A stretch of 64,000 bases of DNA, from the NCBI RefSeq assembly GCF_009914755.1, contig NC_060931.1. One strand, given 5' to 3'. This stretch comes from the human T2T-CHM13v2.0 reference genome, Homo sapiens. The position numbers and the translations under genes are program-made. A model generated the notes under the pieces. It did no database searches and had not been told where the DNA came from. It was given only the letters and a program-made list of their open reading frames with translations. Each line of letters opens with the position of its first letter. Within the stretch, counting starts at the first letter, position 1. Below are positions 1-14,427 of the stretch, piece by piece.

Positions 1-3935
<3,935 letters not shown>

Positions 3936-4023
3936 CTGCATAGGGGATGGCGATGGGGAGCAGGAGGAGATGCAGGAGGACATGCTGCAGCAGCAGGGCT
4001 GGCAGGAGTTTGGTCACCCACAT
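3936..4023 (-). CDS. HGF: HGF coding exon 1 (signal peptide, 29 codons + 1 nt)
   Basis: Reverse complement reads ATG TGG GTG ACC AAA CTC CTG CCA GCC CTG ... CCC TAT GCA G = [29 protein letters not shown], the N-terminus of human HGF. Kozak context GCACCATG; phase-1 donor CAG|GTTAGT at 3936/3935. Confidence 0.98.
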
Positions 4024-4188
4024 GGTGCTGCTGGACGGGCTGGCGGATCCCTCTGGAGGAGATGCCTGGGTGAAAGAATCCTGTTCGGAGTCAGTGCCTA
4101 AAAGAGCCAGTCGGCTCTGAGCTGCTTTTTATTGCGATGAGCTAAGTTTGTTGTGTGATTAACTGGAAAGATCTAGGTCTGAACTCCC
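4024..4188 (-). other. HGF: HGF 5' UTR; main start near 4099 (76 nt upstream of ATG), longer start near 4188
   Basis: Matches the recalled HGF mRNA leader (GGGAGTTCAGACCTAGATC...AGGCACTGACTCCGAACAGG...CAGCACCATG); no upstream ATG in this leader. Confidence 0.8.
4126..4133 (-). promoter_or_regulatory. TATA-like box AATAAAAA of the HGF core promoter
   Basis: Lies 27-34 nt upstream of the 4099 start, the expected TATA position. Confidence 0.7.
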
Positions 4189-4190
4189 TC

Positions 4191-4199
4191 TTACGGTAA
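4191..4199. promoter_or_regulatory. TT-N5-AA palindrome TTACGGTAA (STAT-type site, about -95)
   Basis: Palindromic TTAC-G-GTAA; position agrees with the reported STAT3-responsive region of the HGF promoter. Confidence 0.55.
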
Positions 4200-4349
4200 G
4201 AAACTGTTTAACAACAGCCCTTTACTCTCTTCCAGCCCCCTCCTTTCCTCACTCGCCCCCCCTTCAACAGCACCAAACAGATCCCTGCAACCCCCCCCAT
4301 TCCCCGCCTCCCCCCAACCCCACGCTTAGGAAAGAAACTTACAAAGAAA

Positions 4350-4370
4350 AGGTCACCTGGCCTGAGGCCA
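4350..4370. promoter_or_regulatory. Composite element: AGGTCA half-site + E-box CACCTG + NF1/AP-2 palindrome TGGCCTGAGGCCA
   Basis: Overlapping motifs at about -250 to -270; corresponds to the described multi-factor (nuclear receptor/USF/NF1/AP-2) element of the HGF promoter. Confidence 0.65.
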
Positions 4371-4850
4371 GCTTCAATTTGGAAGCTGGAGCTCCAGATC
4401 CCAGTGGCTCCTATCCGAGTAAGGAAGGGAGGAGCAAGGCTGAGCCCAATGGCTAAATCAAGGCACAGGCAGGGGACCAATTCGCTCAATTTAAACAGGA
4501 AAATACATGTGTTTATATATCTATTTGGGAAAAGAGGAAGGGGAAGCAGCATAAGAAGAAAGCGAAGAGCTGTCTTTCAGCCAAATGTGCCCCAGCTCCT
4601 AATCTGTCTAGTTTTCCTGCTAGAGCAACTGAGGGATTCAAAACACTGACACAGGTTCTCTAGGGGTTTAGAGACCTGGGAGAGGTGGGAGCGGGGCCAG
4701 GGAGGAGAGCCCAGGCACGTCCAGCCCAGGTAGAAAGAGGTTAGTTAAGAAAAGGGTGTGGTATTGTGGGGCCAAAATAAGCAAGCAAAACAAAAGCACG
4801 CAGATTGTCAGATGAAAAAATTGCCCCTGCCCCATGGGCTCAGAGCAGGC

Positions 4851-4853
<3 letters not shown>

Positions 4854-4883
<30 letters not shown>
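4854..4883 (-). promoter_or_regulatory. DATE (deoxyadenosine tract element), A30 on the HGF sense strand
   Basis: 30 consecutive T on + strand, about 755 bp upstream of the 4099 start; matches the described length and position of DATE. Confidence 0.92.
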
Positions 4884-5888
4884 CACAAACTGCCAAACTC
4901 ACGAAATACCACACATTTACCCAAAGTATACAAAATAAACTTGTCTGATCTGACTTTTTAAGAGAAAGTCCAAGAAACAGTCATTGTCCATAGCCTGTCC
5001 CTGACAGGTAAATATGCCATGTGGACTTGTACAGGCACACACGTGCACACAACACATTCACACATGTTGGTGTGTATGTACGTATACACTGGTTAGGACT
5101 GACTTTCACCGGAAATCCCTCAAGCTGTTTGAATTCGTGAGTACTGAATATGCCTCTCTTTTCCAGCTTCATCTGCCTGTACACGACAGCCAGCTTCCCA
5201 AAGTGTAAGTGGAAAGATGAGGAGCTTGTATGGGCATGGGGGGACTCCTAGGTATCAAATCCTTGTGAGATCATTGCCCAGACCCCTCACTTGATTCAGA
5301 GAATTTGTCTTTGCACCCAGAGGTGGATGCTCTGGTAACTTTAAGCAAGAGCCTGCTTTATTTCTAATGGATGCTGAGGGATACTTGCCCCTGTATCTCT
5401 CTGAGATGGATATTAGTAGAGAACAGTGCCCCTGTCCACAGAGGAAAAGAAAGCAGGCCAAATGTGGGAATGACTAGAGCGGTGGGTAGCTGTACAGAAG
5501 TGATTGTGGGGCTGAATTAAACTCATCCACAGAACAGCCTTCCCTCCACATACCACCTTCATTTGTCCTCCAGCTCCCTTACCCCCACTTTCAGGGAAAA
5601 ACAACCTGCCTGATAAGTCCCTGAGGTTGTGGGATATCTAGAGAAGCTAGGGATTAAGAGAATTCCTTTTGAGGGATCTATTTTATATGACCCGTTTCTA
5701 TTGCTAATCCTTCTCTTTTATCATTTTCTCCTTACTTAAAAATCATTTGTCAGCCTCTGTCTGGTGTCCCCAGGATCCATTTTACTTTCTTTTTACTGTT
5801 CAGTAGACTTTTTGGGAAATCTCAGTTCAATGCATAGCCTGACCGTGACCCTGAATTGCTCCACTGCATCTCTTGTGCTTTATTAGGG

Positions 5889-6517
5889 TGTAGGGGCTCA
5901 GAAAAATGATACCCCAAATGAAGACCTCAGAATCAGCTCTCTCTGACCTTCTCCTGCTCTCCAGTCTCCGGCCCTTCATTCTCCCCCAAGGCGAGGCATA
6001 GAAACTAGAATCCCTCTTTCCCAAGGTGGCTCCTAGAAACCAGAACCCTTTTTCCCAAACCAGCCATAAAACCTAAGCATATCACTCTAACACCTCAACT
6101 TTCTGTGTGAAATCTGGCCATAAAGACATTATCTGACCTACCTTGTTTGATCGTAGCTCATAAGACCCCATTCCAAAGAAGGTCCTGCCCCATACCCAGA
6201 AGGAATGAGTACTGCACAGAGATACCAGGAAGAATCTCACCTTGCCAGGCGTCCCCACTCAGTCTGTTAGCATGAGATCATATTCCTTTTGTCCAGTTGT
6301 ATTTCTCCACACCTGCCCACACTTTGTTGAACCTAAGCATAAAAATGGACAATTTCTTTTGTAACTTTGGGTCTTTGTTCTAAAGGCTCTCGGGTTGTGT
6401 AAAATTATGATCAAATAAATGTGTATGCCTTTTCTTCTATTGATCTGCCTCTTGACAGTAATTTTTTTTTTAGCAAACCTTCAGAGAACAATGGAAAAGT
6501 TTTCCCTTGGCCCAACA
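5889..6517 (+). mobile_element. ERV1 solo LTR, MER39/MER34-like
   Basis: TG...CA termini (TGTAGGGGCTCAGAAAA...GGCCCAACA), 4-bp TSD AGGG (5885-5888, 6518-6521), TATA-like CATAAAAA near 6339, AATAAA 6414-6419. Confidence 0.8.
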
Positions 6518-7326
6518 AGGGATTAAGGCTGTTTTTAAAAGAAGTTAGATTTTTCTGTAAGTAAATTCCTGTAGGTAAGGAAAGAAAAAGAACAGTGTTT
6601 CTATTTATTTTTTTCTCTCAGAAAAAAAAACTAGAGTCAGGGTTGTAAATTATTGTTATAAGTTTGGAGCAAAATCCATCTGAGATAAGGGGTTCAGGAC
6701 ATTAGAAAACTGAATAAACTTATTAGGTCACACATTTTCGTGACTTTTTTTACTGTCACATTAAATATGGTAAATACAACTTAAAACCTATATAATTTAT
6801 ATATTCATATTTCTTGACAAAAATTATTTGGTCTTTCTTTACTGAAATTGTTGCTAATATACACTGAGATCTTAATGTATGCTAAGCATCATATTACATA
6901 CTATTGAAAATTATTTCATCCTTACAGTAAGTTTAAGATTATTAAAATTCTCATTTTATAGTTGAGGAAACATAGTAAGTTATTTTTATTCTTAAATAAC
7001 TTGCCTAAGATCCCAAAGTAATATTCAAGTGTGAGATTCAGATTAGTCATACCCCATAGGATGGTATAAATTTTTTTAACCCCACGAGGAGAAGAATCAC
7101 ATGTTCCAGAGTATAATCACCAAAATAAGTCTGAGACTGGGTATATAGGAGATCCTCCATAATAATTTATAAAATAATACATAATTTTAAATCTCTCAAA
7201 ACTATAAAGAAATACTCAAATGAAATTCTAATTATGCTATTAGTTTAGTCATTTTGATAACATATTCTCTTTGTTTTTTCTAAATCATGCAATGTTTTTT
7301 TCCCATCATCTACTGATTGCCTTACA

Positions 7327-8321
7327 TAGGCATACATCATTTTATTGCCCTTCACTTTATTGTACTTCACAGATAATGTGTTTTTACAAATTAAGTTTTG
7401 TGGTGTCCTCGAATTGAGCAAGTCTGTTGGTGCCGTTTTTCCCACAGCATGTGCTCACTTTGTGTCTCCGTGTCACATTTTGGTAATTCTTGCAATATTT
7501 CAAATATTTCCTTATTATTTTACATGATGATCTGTGATCAGTGATCTTTGATGTTACTGCCATAATTGTTTTGGGCACCACAAACCACAACCCAAACTTA
7601 ATCCATTCATGTGTGTATTCTGACTACTCCACTGACGAGCTGTTCACCCGTCTCTCTCCCTCCCCTCAGGCTTCTCTATTTCCTAAAACACAACATTATT
7701 GAAATTAGGCCAATTGATAGCCCTGCAATGACCTCTAAGTACTCAAGTGAAAGGAAGAGTTGCGCGTCTCTTCCTTGAAATCAAAAGCTAGAAATAAATT
7801 AAGCTTTTGGGGAAAGGCATGCCCAAAGATGAGTTAGGTCAAAAGCCAGTCCTCTTGCACCAGTTATCCGAGTTGCAAATGCAAAAGAAAAGTTCTTGAA
7901 GCAAGTTAGAAGTGCTACTCCAGTGAACACACAAATGATAAGAGAGCAGAGCAGCCTTATTGCTGATATGCAGAAAATTTGAGCAGTCTAGATAGAAGAT
8001 CAAACCAGCTGCAATATTCCCTTAAGCCTTAAGCCAAAGCCACAGCAAGGCTCTGAACATCAAGCAAGACCCTCCATCAGCAAAAAGATTATCACTCGCT
8101 GAAGGCTTATATGATCGTTAGCATTTTTTAACAATAAAGTATTTTTAAGTTAAGGTATGGACATTTTTAAACATAATGCTGTTGCACACTTAATAGTCTG
8201 CTGTGTAACTTTTATATGCACTGGGAAACGAAAAAAAAATTCATGTAACTTGCTTTATTGCGATTTTTGCTTGATCACAGTGGTCTGAAACCAAACGAGC
8301 AGTATCTCCAAGGTAAGCCAG
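7327..8321 (+). mobile_element. Tigger1 DNA transposon, internally deleted, both ends present
   Basis: 5' end (T)AGGCATACATCATTTTATTG..., 3' end ...TATCTCCAAGGTAAGCCAG followed by TA; about 1 kb versus about 2.4 kb consensus, junction near 8054. Confidence 0.88.
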
Positions 8322-8675
8322 TACTTCTTAAGTGTTAAACAGTTTGAATAAATCCCCAAAAAATTGTGTCTGAAAAGTTTTTGATAAAATAACTTGTAAA
8401 GAGATTACTTTAAGTACTGCAATTTATGTAAATACTTAAATACTAGATGGATACTCATTACCCTATAATACCATTTTAAATCTGTCCTATGATTGAGGGT
8501 TCTAGTATCTCATGGATACTAGATGGATTTAATGGAAAAGCCTCTATTACTGTGCTCTTTAAAAGGCTGCTGCTTTAACACGGTATCTTTCTTTGTCTTA
8601 AGCCCAGGTTTCTCCACAAGTGATGCTTGTAAGAACGTACGTGAGGAATAAGCTGACATGACCTTATGATCTGTA

Positions 8676-8786
8676 GATTACTAATGAGTTTTGTGTTATT
8701 GAACTGGTCATTTTGTTTACTAAACGCCTGTGATTACTAATGCGTTTTGTGTTCTTGAACTGTCATTTTGTTTATTAAATGCCTGT
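8676..8786. repeat. Tandem duplication, 2 x 55-56 bp
   Basis: GATTACTAATG(A/C)GTTTTGTGTT...GCCTGT at 8676-8731 and 8732-8786. Confidence 0.9.
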
Positions 8787-8849
8787 CACATGCCAGGTGC
8801 CATTCTGTTTCTGCTACCACTTGGATAGGCTCAGCTTAGTCATAGGCCT

Positions 8850-9190
8850 GCTTTCAAATCCCAGCTGAGTCACTTACTAAAACAATTACAAATTGAGGAA
8901 GCTAATTTATCGCCCTAATACCTCAGTTTCCCTATCACCAAAATGGGGCTGTATGTGTCAGGTGCTGTACTAAACACTTCATATGTGTTATCTCACTTGC
9001 CCTTACACCTTGCCTCAGGAAAAAAAAGGTACGTGTATCTAAGAGGTATATCTTATTATTGTCATTGACTTACAGGTAATGAAATCAGCATTTAGAGATG
9101 ATAACTTGGTTTAGGTTAAACTGTTAATGAAATGTGATTTCAGGACACCAGCTATCCAGGTATCAAATCACTGCTATCAAACACTATGCC
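8850..9190. mobile_element. MIR fragments (two, opposite orientations)
   Basis: TTCAAATCCCAGCT...CCTCAGTTTCCCTATC...AAAATGGGG core, followed by a reverse-oriented MIR-like segment. Confidence 0.55.
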
Positions 9191-9624
9191 ACATTGAAAG
9201 AGATCCAGATTAAGAAATTTCCGGCATTCCTTCTCCCTTTAAAATTAGATTATTCTACTTATCTGAATTCTTTAGTAGCCACTATACTTCTATATAATTC
9301 TTACCTTCCAAACCTATGAAGGAAGCACTTGTGTAATCTTTGGTATTGCTTACTTTTCCTACAAAACCAGATATTCTCATTGTTTTCCTGTTTGTTGATT
9401 CTACCCTCTAACTGGTCATTTTTTATCTTTAGACCTTGCCACTGAATATGTTGACTACCTTTAATGTAGGAAATATTACAAAATACATTACAGTTTGAAT
9501 CAGACAAAAACCACTTCAAACACATGAAGCAGAAACTAAAATCTATATGACACAAGCAAGCATGATGACATATTTATTTGCAAAATTATTGAAGAGTGGG
9601 TACAACATCCATGCAGCCACCTAG

Positions 9625-9812
9625 ACCTGTGATGTCTAATATAGTAGCTATAAGCCACATGTTCCTATATATATTCAAAATTAAATTAATTAAAACTAAA
9701 CTTTCTCTGTTGTGTTGTAATCACATATGAGTGGCTGGTGGCTCCCACAGTAGATAATGCAGATACAGAATATGTCCATCATTGCAGAAAGCTATATTAG
9801 ATAATGTTGATC
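9625..9812 (-). mobile_element. MER3-like hAT-Charlie MITE
   Basis: TAGCTATAAGCCACATG...GTGGCTGGTGGCT...TCCATCATTGCAGAAAG pattern, flanked by CTAG. Confidence 0.65.
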
Positions 9813-12800
9813 TAGTCTAAGATGATTGGTGTAAATGTACTCTAAATGTGATTATGGGCAAAGCAAGATAACGACTATTAAAGGCATAATTTTAAAAGAT
9901 ACTGAAAAGTTATCTGTATGTTGGTGGCACTTTAGTTTGAAACCCCCCTTTCTTTCTACTAGTATTTTGCAGTAGTATATTATGAACAAGGATAACACGA
10001 CCTTGATTACTTTGTCTTTTGAACATAAGGTAACAATGACTGAAGATAGCTCCTTGTTCAGAGAGTATGCCAAGCACATACCACAGACACAAGCCCAGAG
10101 AAAATGGTTAAAGAAAAGTGTTTTAAAATAGTTCTAACAAAACACCTGTCTACTAAGGAATGTGAAGCAATCTATAGAGTCAAGTATAGAGTCTGTGGGA
10201 ATTTGGTGAGTCTTTGTCCATTACATAATAAAAATGACCTAATTGAAAGCAACTGACAGGACTTCAGTGCACATTATAGACTTAATGTAAAGGTTTTATT
10301 TTTATTAATTCATCATTGATTAACCACTAAAAGGAGTCTAATGGTTACTCAGTCAAATCATAGTCTCAACCACTCACCCGGGACTTTGCCACACTCCCAG
10401 GAAATCTGTTGCAGAATTTGTGGTGAGACCACAAAGCAACATCCAGGAAAATGACAGTAACAGTTAAAGTACATCATCACAGGGTAGGAATTGTCATGTG
10501 TGTAAAAATAGCAGGGTTATTTTTTTCCTGTAGAAATATGCCATATATACTTAAACAGCATTTTTATATTGTTCACTATGACTATAAATAATAGCAGAGT
10601 ACATATTAAAAGAAATTCTTCTCAAACAGAAAAGACTGTCATGACTTGAGCTGTGTTTTGCCTTCTGGGAGTAAAGAGAGGATAGGCGTTGAGAACACCA
10701 GGAAATCTGAGCTAAAACTAAACTCTGATGCTGCATTTTCAGTTTTCTTTTCTGAGCCACGAGGGGCCATTTTCTGAATCCAGGGGGCCTAGTTAACTAA
10801 CACTCATCACCTTGTGCTTAGAGGCCAGCTTTTATGTATTTCCAGGTGTTGGCTGTTTTGTTAAATCTGAAGTGCCCCCAAACTTATAAAGCCCAAGCAC
10901 TCCACACCTGGTATGTTGGACACTGGCATATTAGTAAAATGCATGAATTGGAGGAATCTATTTCTTTTTTCCCAGTTTAGAATCCAACCATGATAAAATC
11001 ATTAGTGTAAGAACATGGGAATATTCACAATAAGGTACATTTCAAAGTAACTGTTTAATCCATTTATTTTGCATCTTAAAAGCCATGTAATAAAATTGAG
11101 GTTTCCCTTTTACTATATGTACATGTTGCATGTTTATTGTGGTCCTGGGGATATCTGAGGGCGATTCCACTTACCAGGTGGCACTCAATACCAGGAATTA
11201 CATTTCAACCCTGGGAGGAAAAGACTCCACCTGGTGGAGCATTGCTTTTTTTTTCTGTACGGGGCCGAGGGTTGGGGGGCGGTGTTTGTTTCTTTATAAT
11301 ATACTATTCTGTACACCAGTCATCTGGTGCATTGGCCCTTCTTAGGAATTACTTAAAGAGTTATTTAGCTAACGCTGTGATAGCATGGCCCCATATGATA
11401 CATTAATCTTGCAACATTTTTTAAATGACTGAATTTATATCTAGTTTATCCTTAATAAGATAGTATGCTTTAAGTTTTTTAAGAAGCTTCTACTTAAATT
11501 CCTAAACTATGAGCCTGGGAATCCTCATTCTAAATGGGAGGGTTCTTGGCAGACTTCTTACCATTTTCAAGTTTGTGAGGATTTGCAGTTACTGGACTTC
11601 TGGAGACTTGACAGAGCTAAGGGACTATCAAATCCACCAGAAACATTGCTTTTTCTAGCCAAGGAACAAAGGATGTGAGGAGGCAAATTCATAGTTCCTG
11701 AAATTTTCTATATTCTTTATTTAATCTTGTTTTATTTATATGTTTTTACAACTCACAATAGTGAATATAGCAAAATTATGGAAAATGGCAAGTGTAAAGG
11801 ACAGATGAAGTATGTTGCCCAATGCTTTAATCTAGTCCTGAATGAAGGGACTAGAAGGGAGAAACATCTCTAGAATGAACCTAGTCTCCTCATGCTGCAA
11901 CTCCAAAACAGAATTATGCCTTGCATACTGAGTAAGTGATGACATTCAGCAGAACACCCACTATGGAGAGCACCAGATTATAGCTGTCCTTAAACTGCTT
12001 GTTTGCTTTGCCCTGATAAAAGAAAAAATGTTCATAGAGTTTTCTAAGTCTCTTTTGTGTGGTTAGTTTATTTGCTTGTTGTATGTGAATAAGAAAGATT
12101 ACATATGGCCTTCTCTTTTAAGAGTTAAGTAAGAGAATTCTCTTTTTCAGCTATCTCTGTCCAGCCCCAAAATGATGTATTTATCCTAGCATTTCTCACA
12201 TTTAAAGGTGCACTAATGTTTTTCTATAGTTTTTTTTTTTCTGTCACTTTCCTAAGAGACAATCTTTTACCTCTCCAAAGTGCTATTACATCTTATGGTT
12301 ATTTAGCCATTGTCCCAAATATTACTTATCAGAAAAAAACTTCGTGTCTTGTTTAATTTTTAATTCAGGATTTCTGTACAATATATAGCTTGAATACCCT
12401 ACCAATTAACATTTCTTGTTAGGGATTTATTTATTTTCTTCCTGATGTACACAATGAGATAACACAGTGTAGACCAGCTGGTTGAAGTCTTTATTATACC
12501 ACTTACTAACTGAGAAAACCTGGACAAATTATTTTACTGTATTCATTTGCAAAATGATTATAATAAGAGTTGTAGCAGTTATTTACACTTAAATGTATTA
12601 CATGTGAATTATAGTGATGATTAGAGAATAAACATGCAAAACACAGATGACATATTTAGGAACACAATACAATTTTATTACTAGCCTTATTAATACTGAA
12701 ACATTTAAGATAGTCTTTGAGTCATTTAATATCTCAAACAGAAAATACCTAAATTAAAATGCAGAGTGAAAGCATGATCTTGGCATAATGATATTAGGGA

Positions 12801-13452
12801 ATGCCTTAGTGTTTAACAATTATTTAATCCGAAGTATCTGTTAATATTTTACAATCAGTTTTAAGTGAAACTAAACATGAATTTAAGTTTGCTGCATGCA
12901 TCCATGTGTTAACTAATGCAGGGAAGCAGAAGAAGCCACATAATTCCATGTTATAAAATATTGCTAGTAAAAAATTATATTTAAGTAAAATAATTTGGTA
13001 TTTTAAAATATAAGAAGTTTTGAGCATACTTAACTTTGCATTGGCATCATTTCTTGATAAATGTCATTAAAATAATTTTCTTGAAGTTCCGTAAGGGGTA
13101 TACAGCACCCAGGAACTCACAGCATTTGTGTTTTGTACCATTAAATCAGCAAAAAGAGAATAAATACCATCATCCTCTGTCCAAAAAATTCTTATTGACT
13201 CAGCTTCTCAATTTTATTAATAAAATGTTAACTGAATTTTCCTATTTCCAAAGAACTCAAGCTAGCCACTGATTCTATTATTAGAGTACATGATTGACTA
13301 TATATTGTCCACCTTCTGAGTTAGAGCCTATAGCAGTGTCTGGCATATCTTAGTGACTACCAAAAGGTATTTAGCAGTCACTAAGTAGGCTTTAATTGTT
13401 TTCACCTAATATATGCAAAGTATTTGATATTTTCATTCAAACAACATTGCAA

Positions 13453-13759
13453 GGCCGACACAGTGGCTCATACCTGTAATCCCGGCACTTTGGGAGGCCA
13501 AGGTGGGTGGATTATTTGAGTCTAGGAGTTTGAGACCAGCCTGGACAACTTCGTAAAACCTCATTTCTACAGAAAAATACAAAAATTAGACAGGCGTGGT
13601 GGTACGCATCTGTGATCCCAACTGCTCAGAAGGCTGAGGTGGGAGTGTCTGAACCCAGGAGGTTGAGGCTGCAGTGAGCCATGAATCACACCACTGCACT
13701 CCAACCTGGGCAACAGAGTGAGACCCTGTCTCAAAAAAAAAAAAAAAAAAAAAAAAAAA
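13453..13759 (+). mobile_element. AluJ-like
   Basis: Full dimer with J-type right arm (GAGGCTGCAGTGAGCCATG, GACCCTGTCTC) and A27 tail. Confidence 0.9.
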
Positions 13760-14261
13760 GATAATAGTAAATTCACTGTTTAATTCCTTTCACACAGACA
13801 CATATACACAGACACACATCTGTATATACATGCATACGTACACACACACTCACAAGAATGCATAAGTAAAATCTGTTCATCAAAACCACCGTGAATTACT
13901 CCAAGTCAGTTTACCACTTAGACTGCTAGATTTATAAGTGACTCAAGGTCTGTCGATTTGCAATAATAGAAATTGAAACTGAGAGCAGAGTTCTACTTTT
14001 CCAGCTGTCAAAGATTCCCATTCTCTGATACATATCTTTATATATAATTTAAAGACAAAACCTAAGATCTACGCCTATTGGCATTGTATTGAGATTGTGT
14101 TAAGCTCTAATAAATGGCATTCTAAATAGTATATGATTTGTAATAGCAAAACTTATGAGCAATATATTAACATGTATTGACACTAGAATTTATTTTTCAT
14201 AATTGTAACACCATTCATTAATACATTTATAAGTACATACTTTTAAGTTCTTTTTGAAACA

Positions 14262-14427
14262 TTTATTTTTAGAGACGGAGTCTTGCTATGTTACCCAGGC
14301 TGGAGTACAGTAGCTATTCACAGCCACCATCATGGCACACTACAGCCTCAAACTCCTGGGCTCAAGCAATCCTCCTGCCTTTGCCTCCAGAGAGCTGGGA
14401 CTACATGCGCCTGCCACCTCACCCAGC
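14262..14427 (-). mobile_element. FAM (fossil Alu monomer)
   Basis: Monomer retaining the 7SL-like GCTATTCACAG segment absent from dimeric Alus; degenerate TSD TAAGTTCT. Confidence 0.75.

Noticed and set aside
4208-4961. ORFs over the HGF promoter (114 aa, 81 aa, poly-K and poly-F ORFs)
   Set aside because: By-products of the G/C runs and the DATE homopolymer; mostly non-ATG starts and no protein-like features.
8676-8786. CRISPR-like repeat array
   Set aside because: Only two adjacent copies, no spacers, eukaryotic context.
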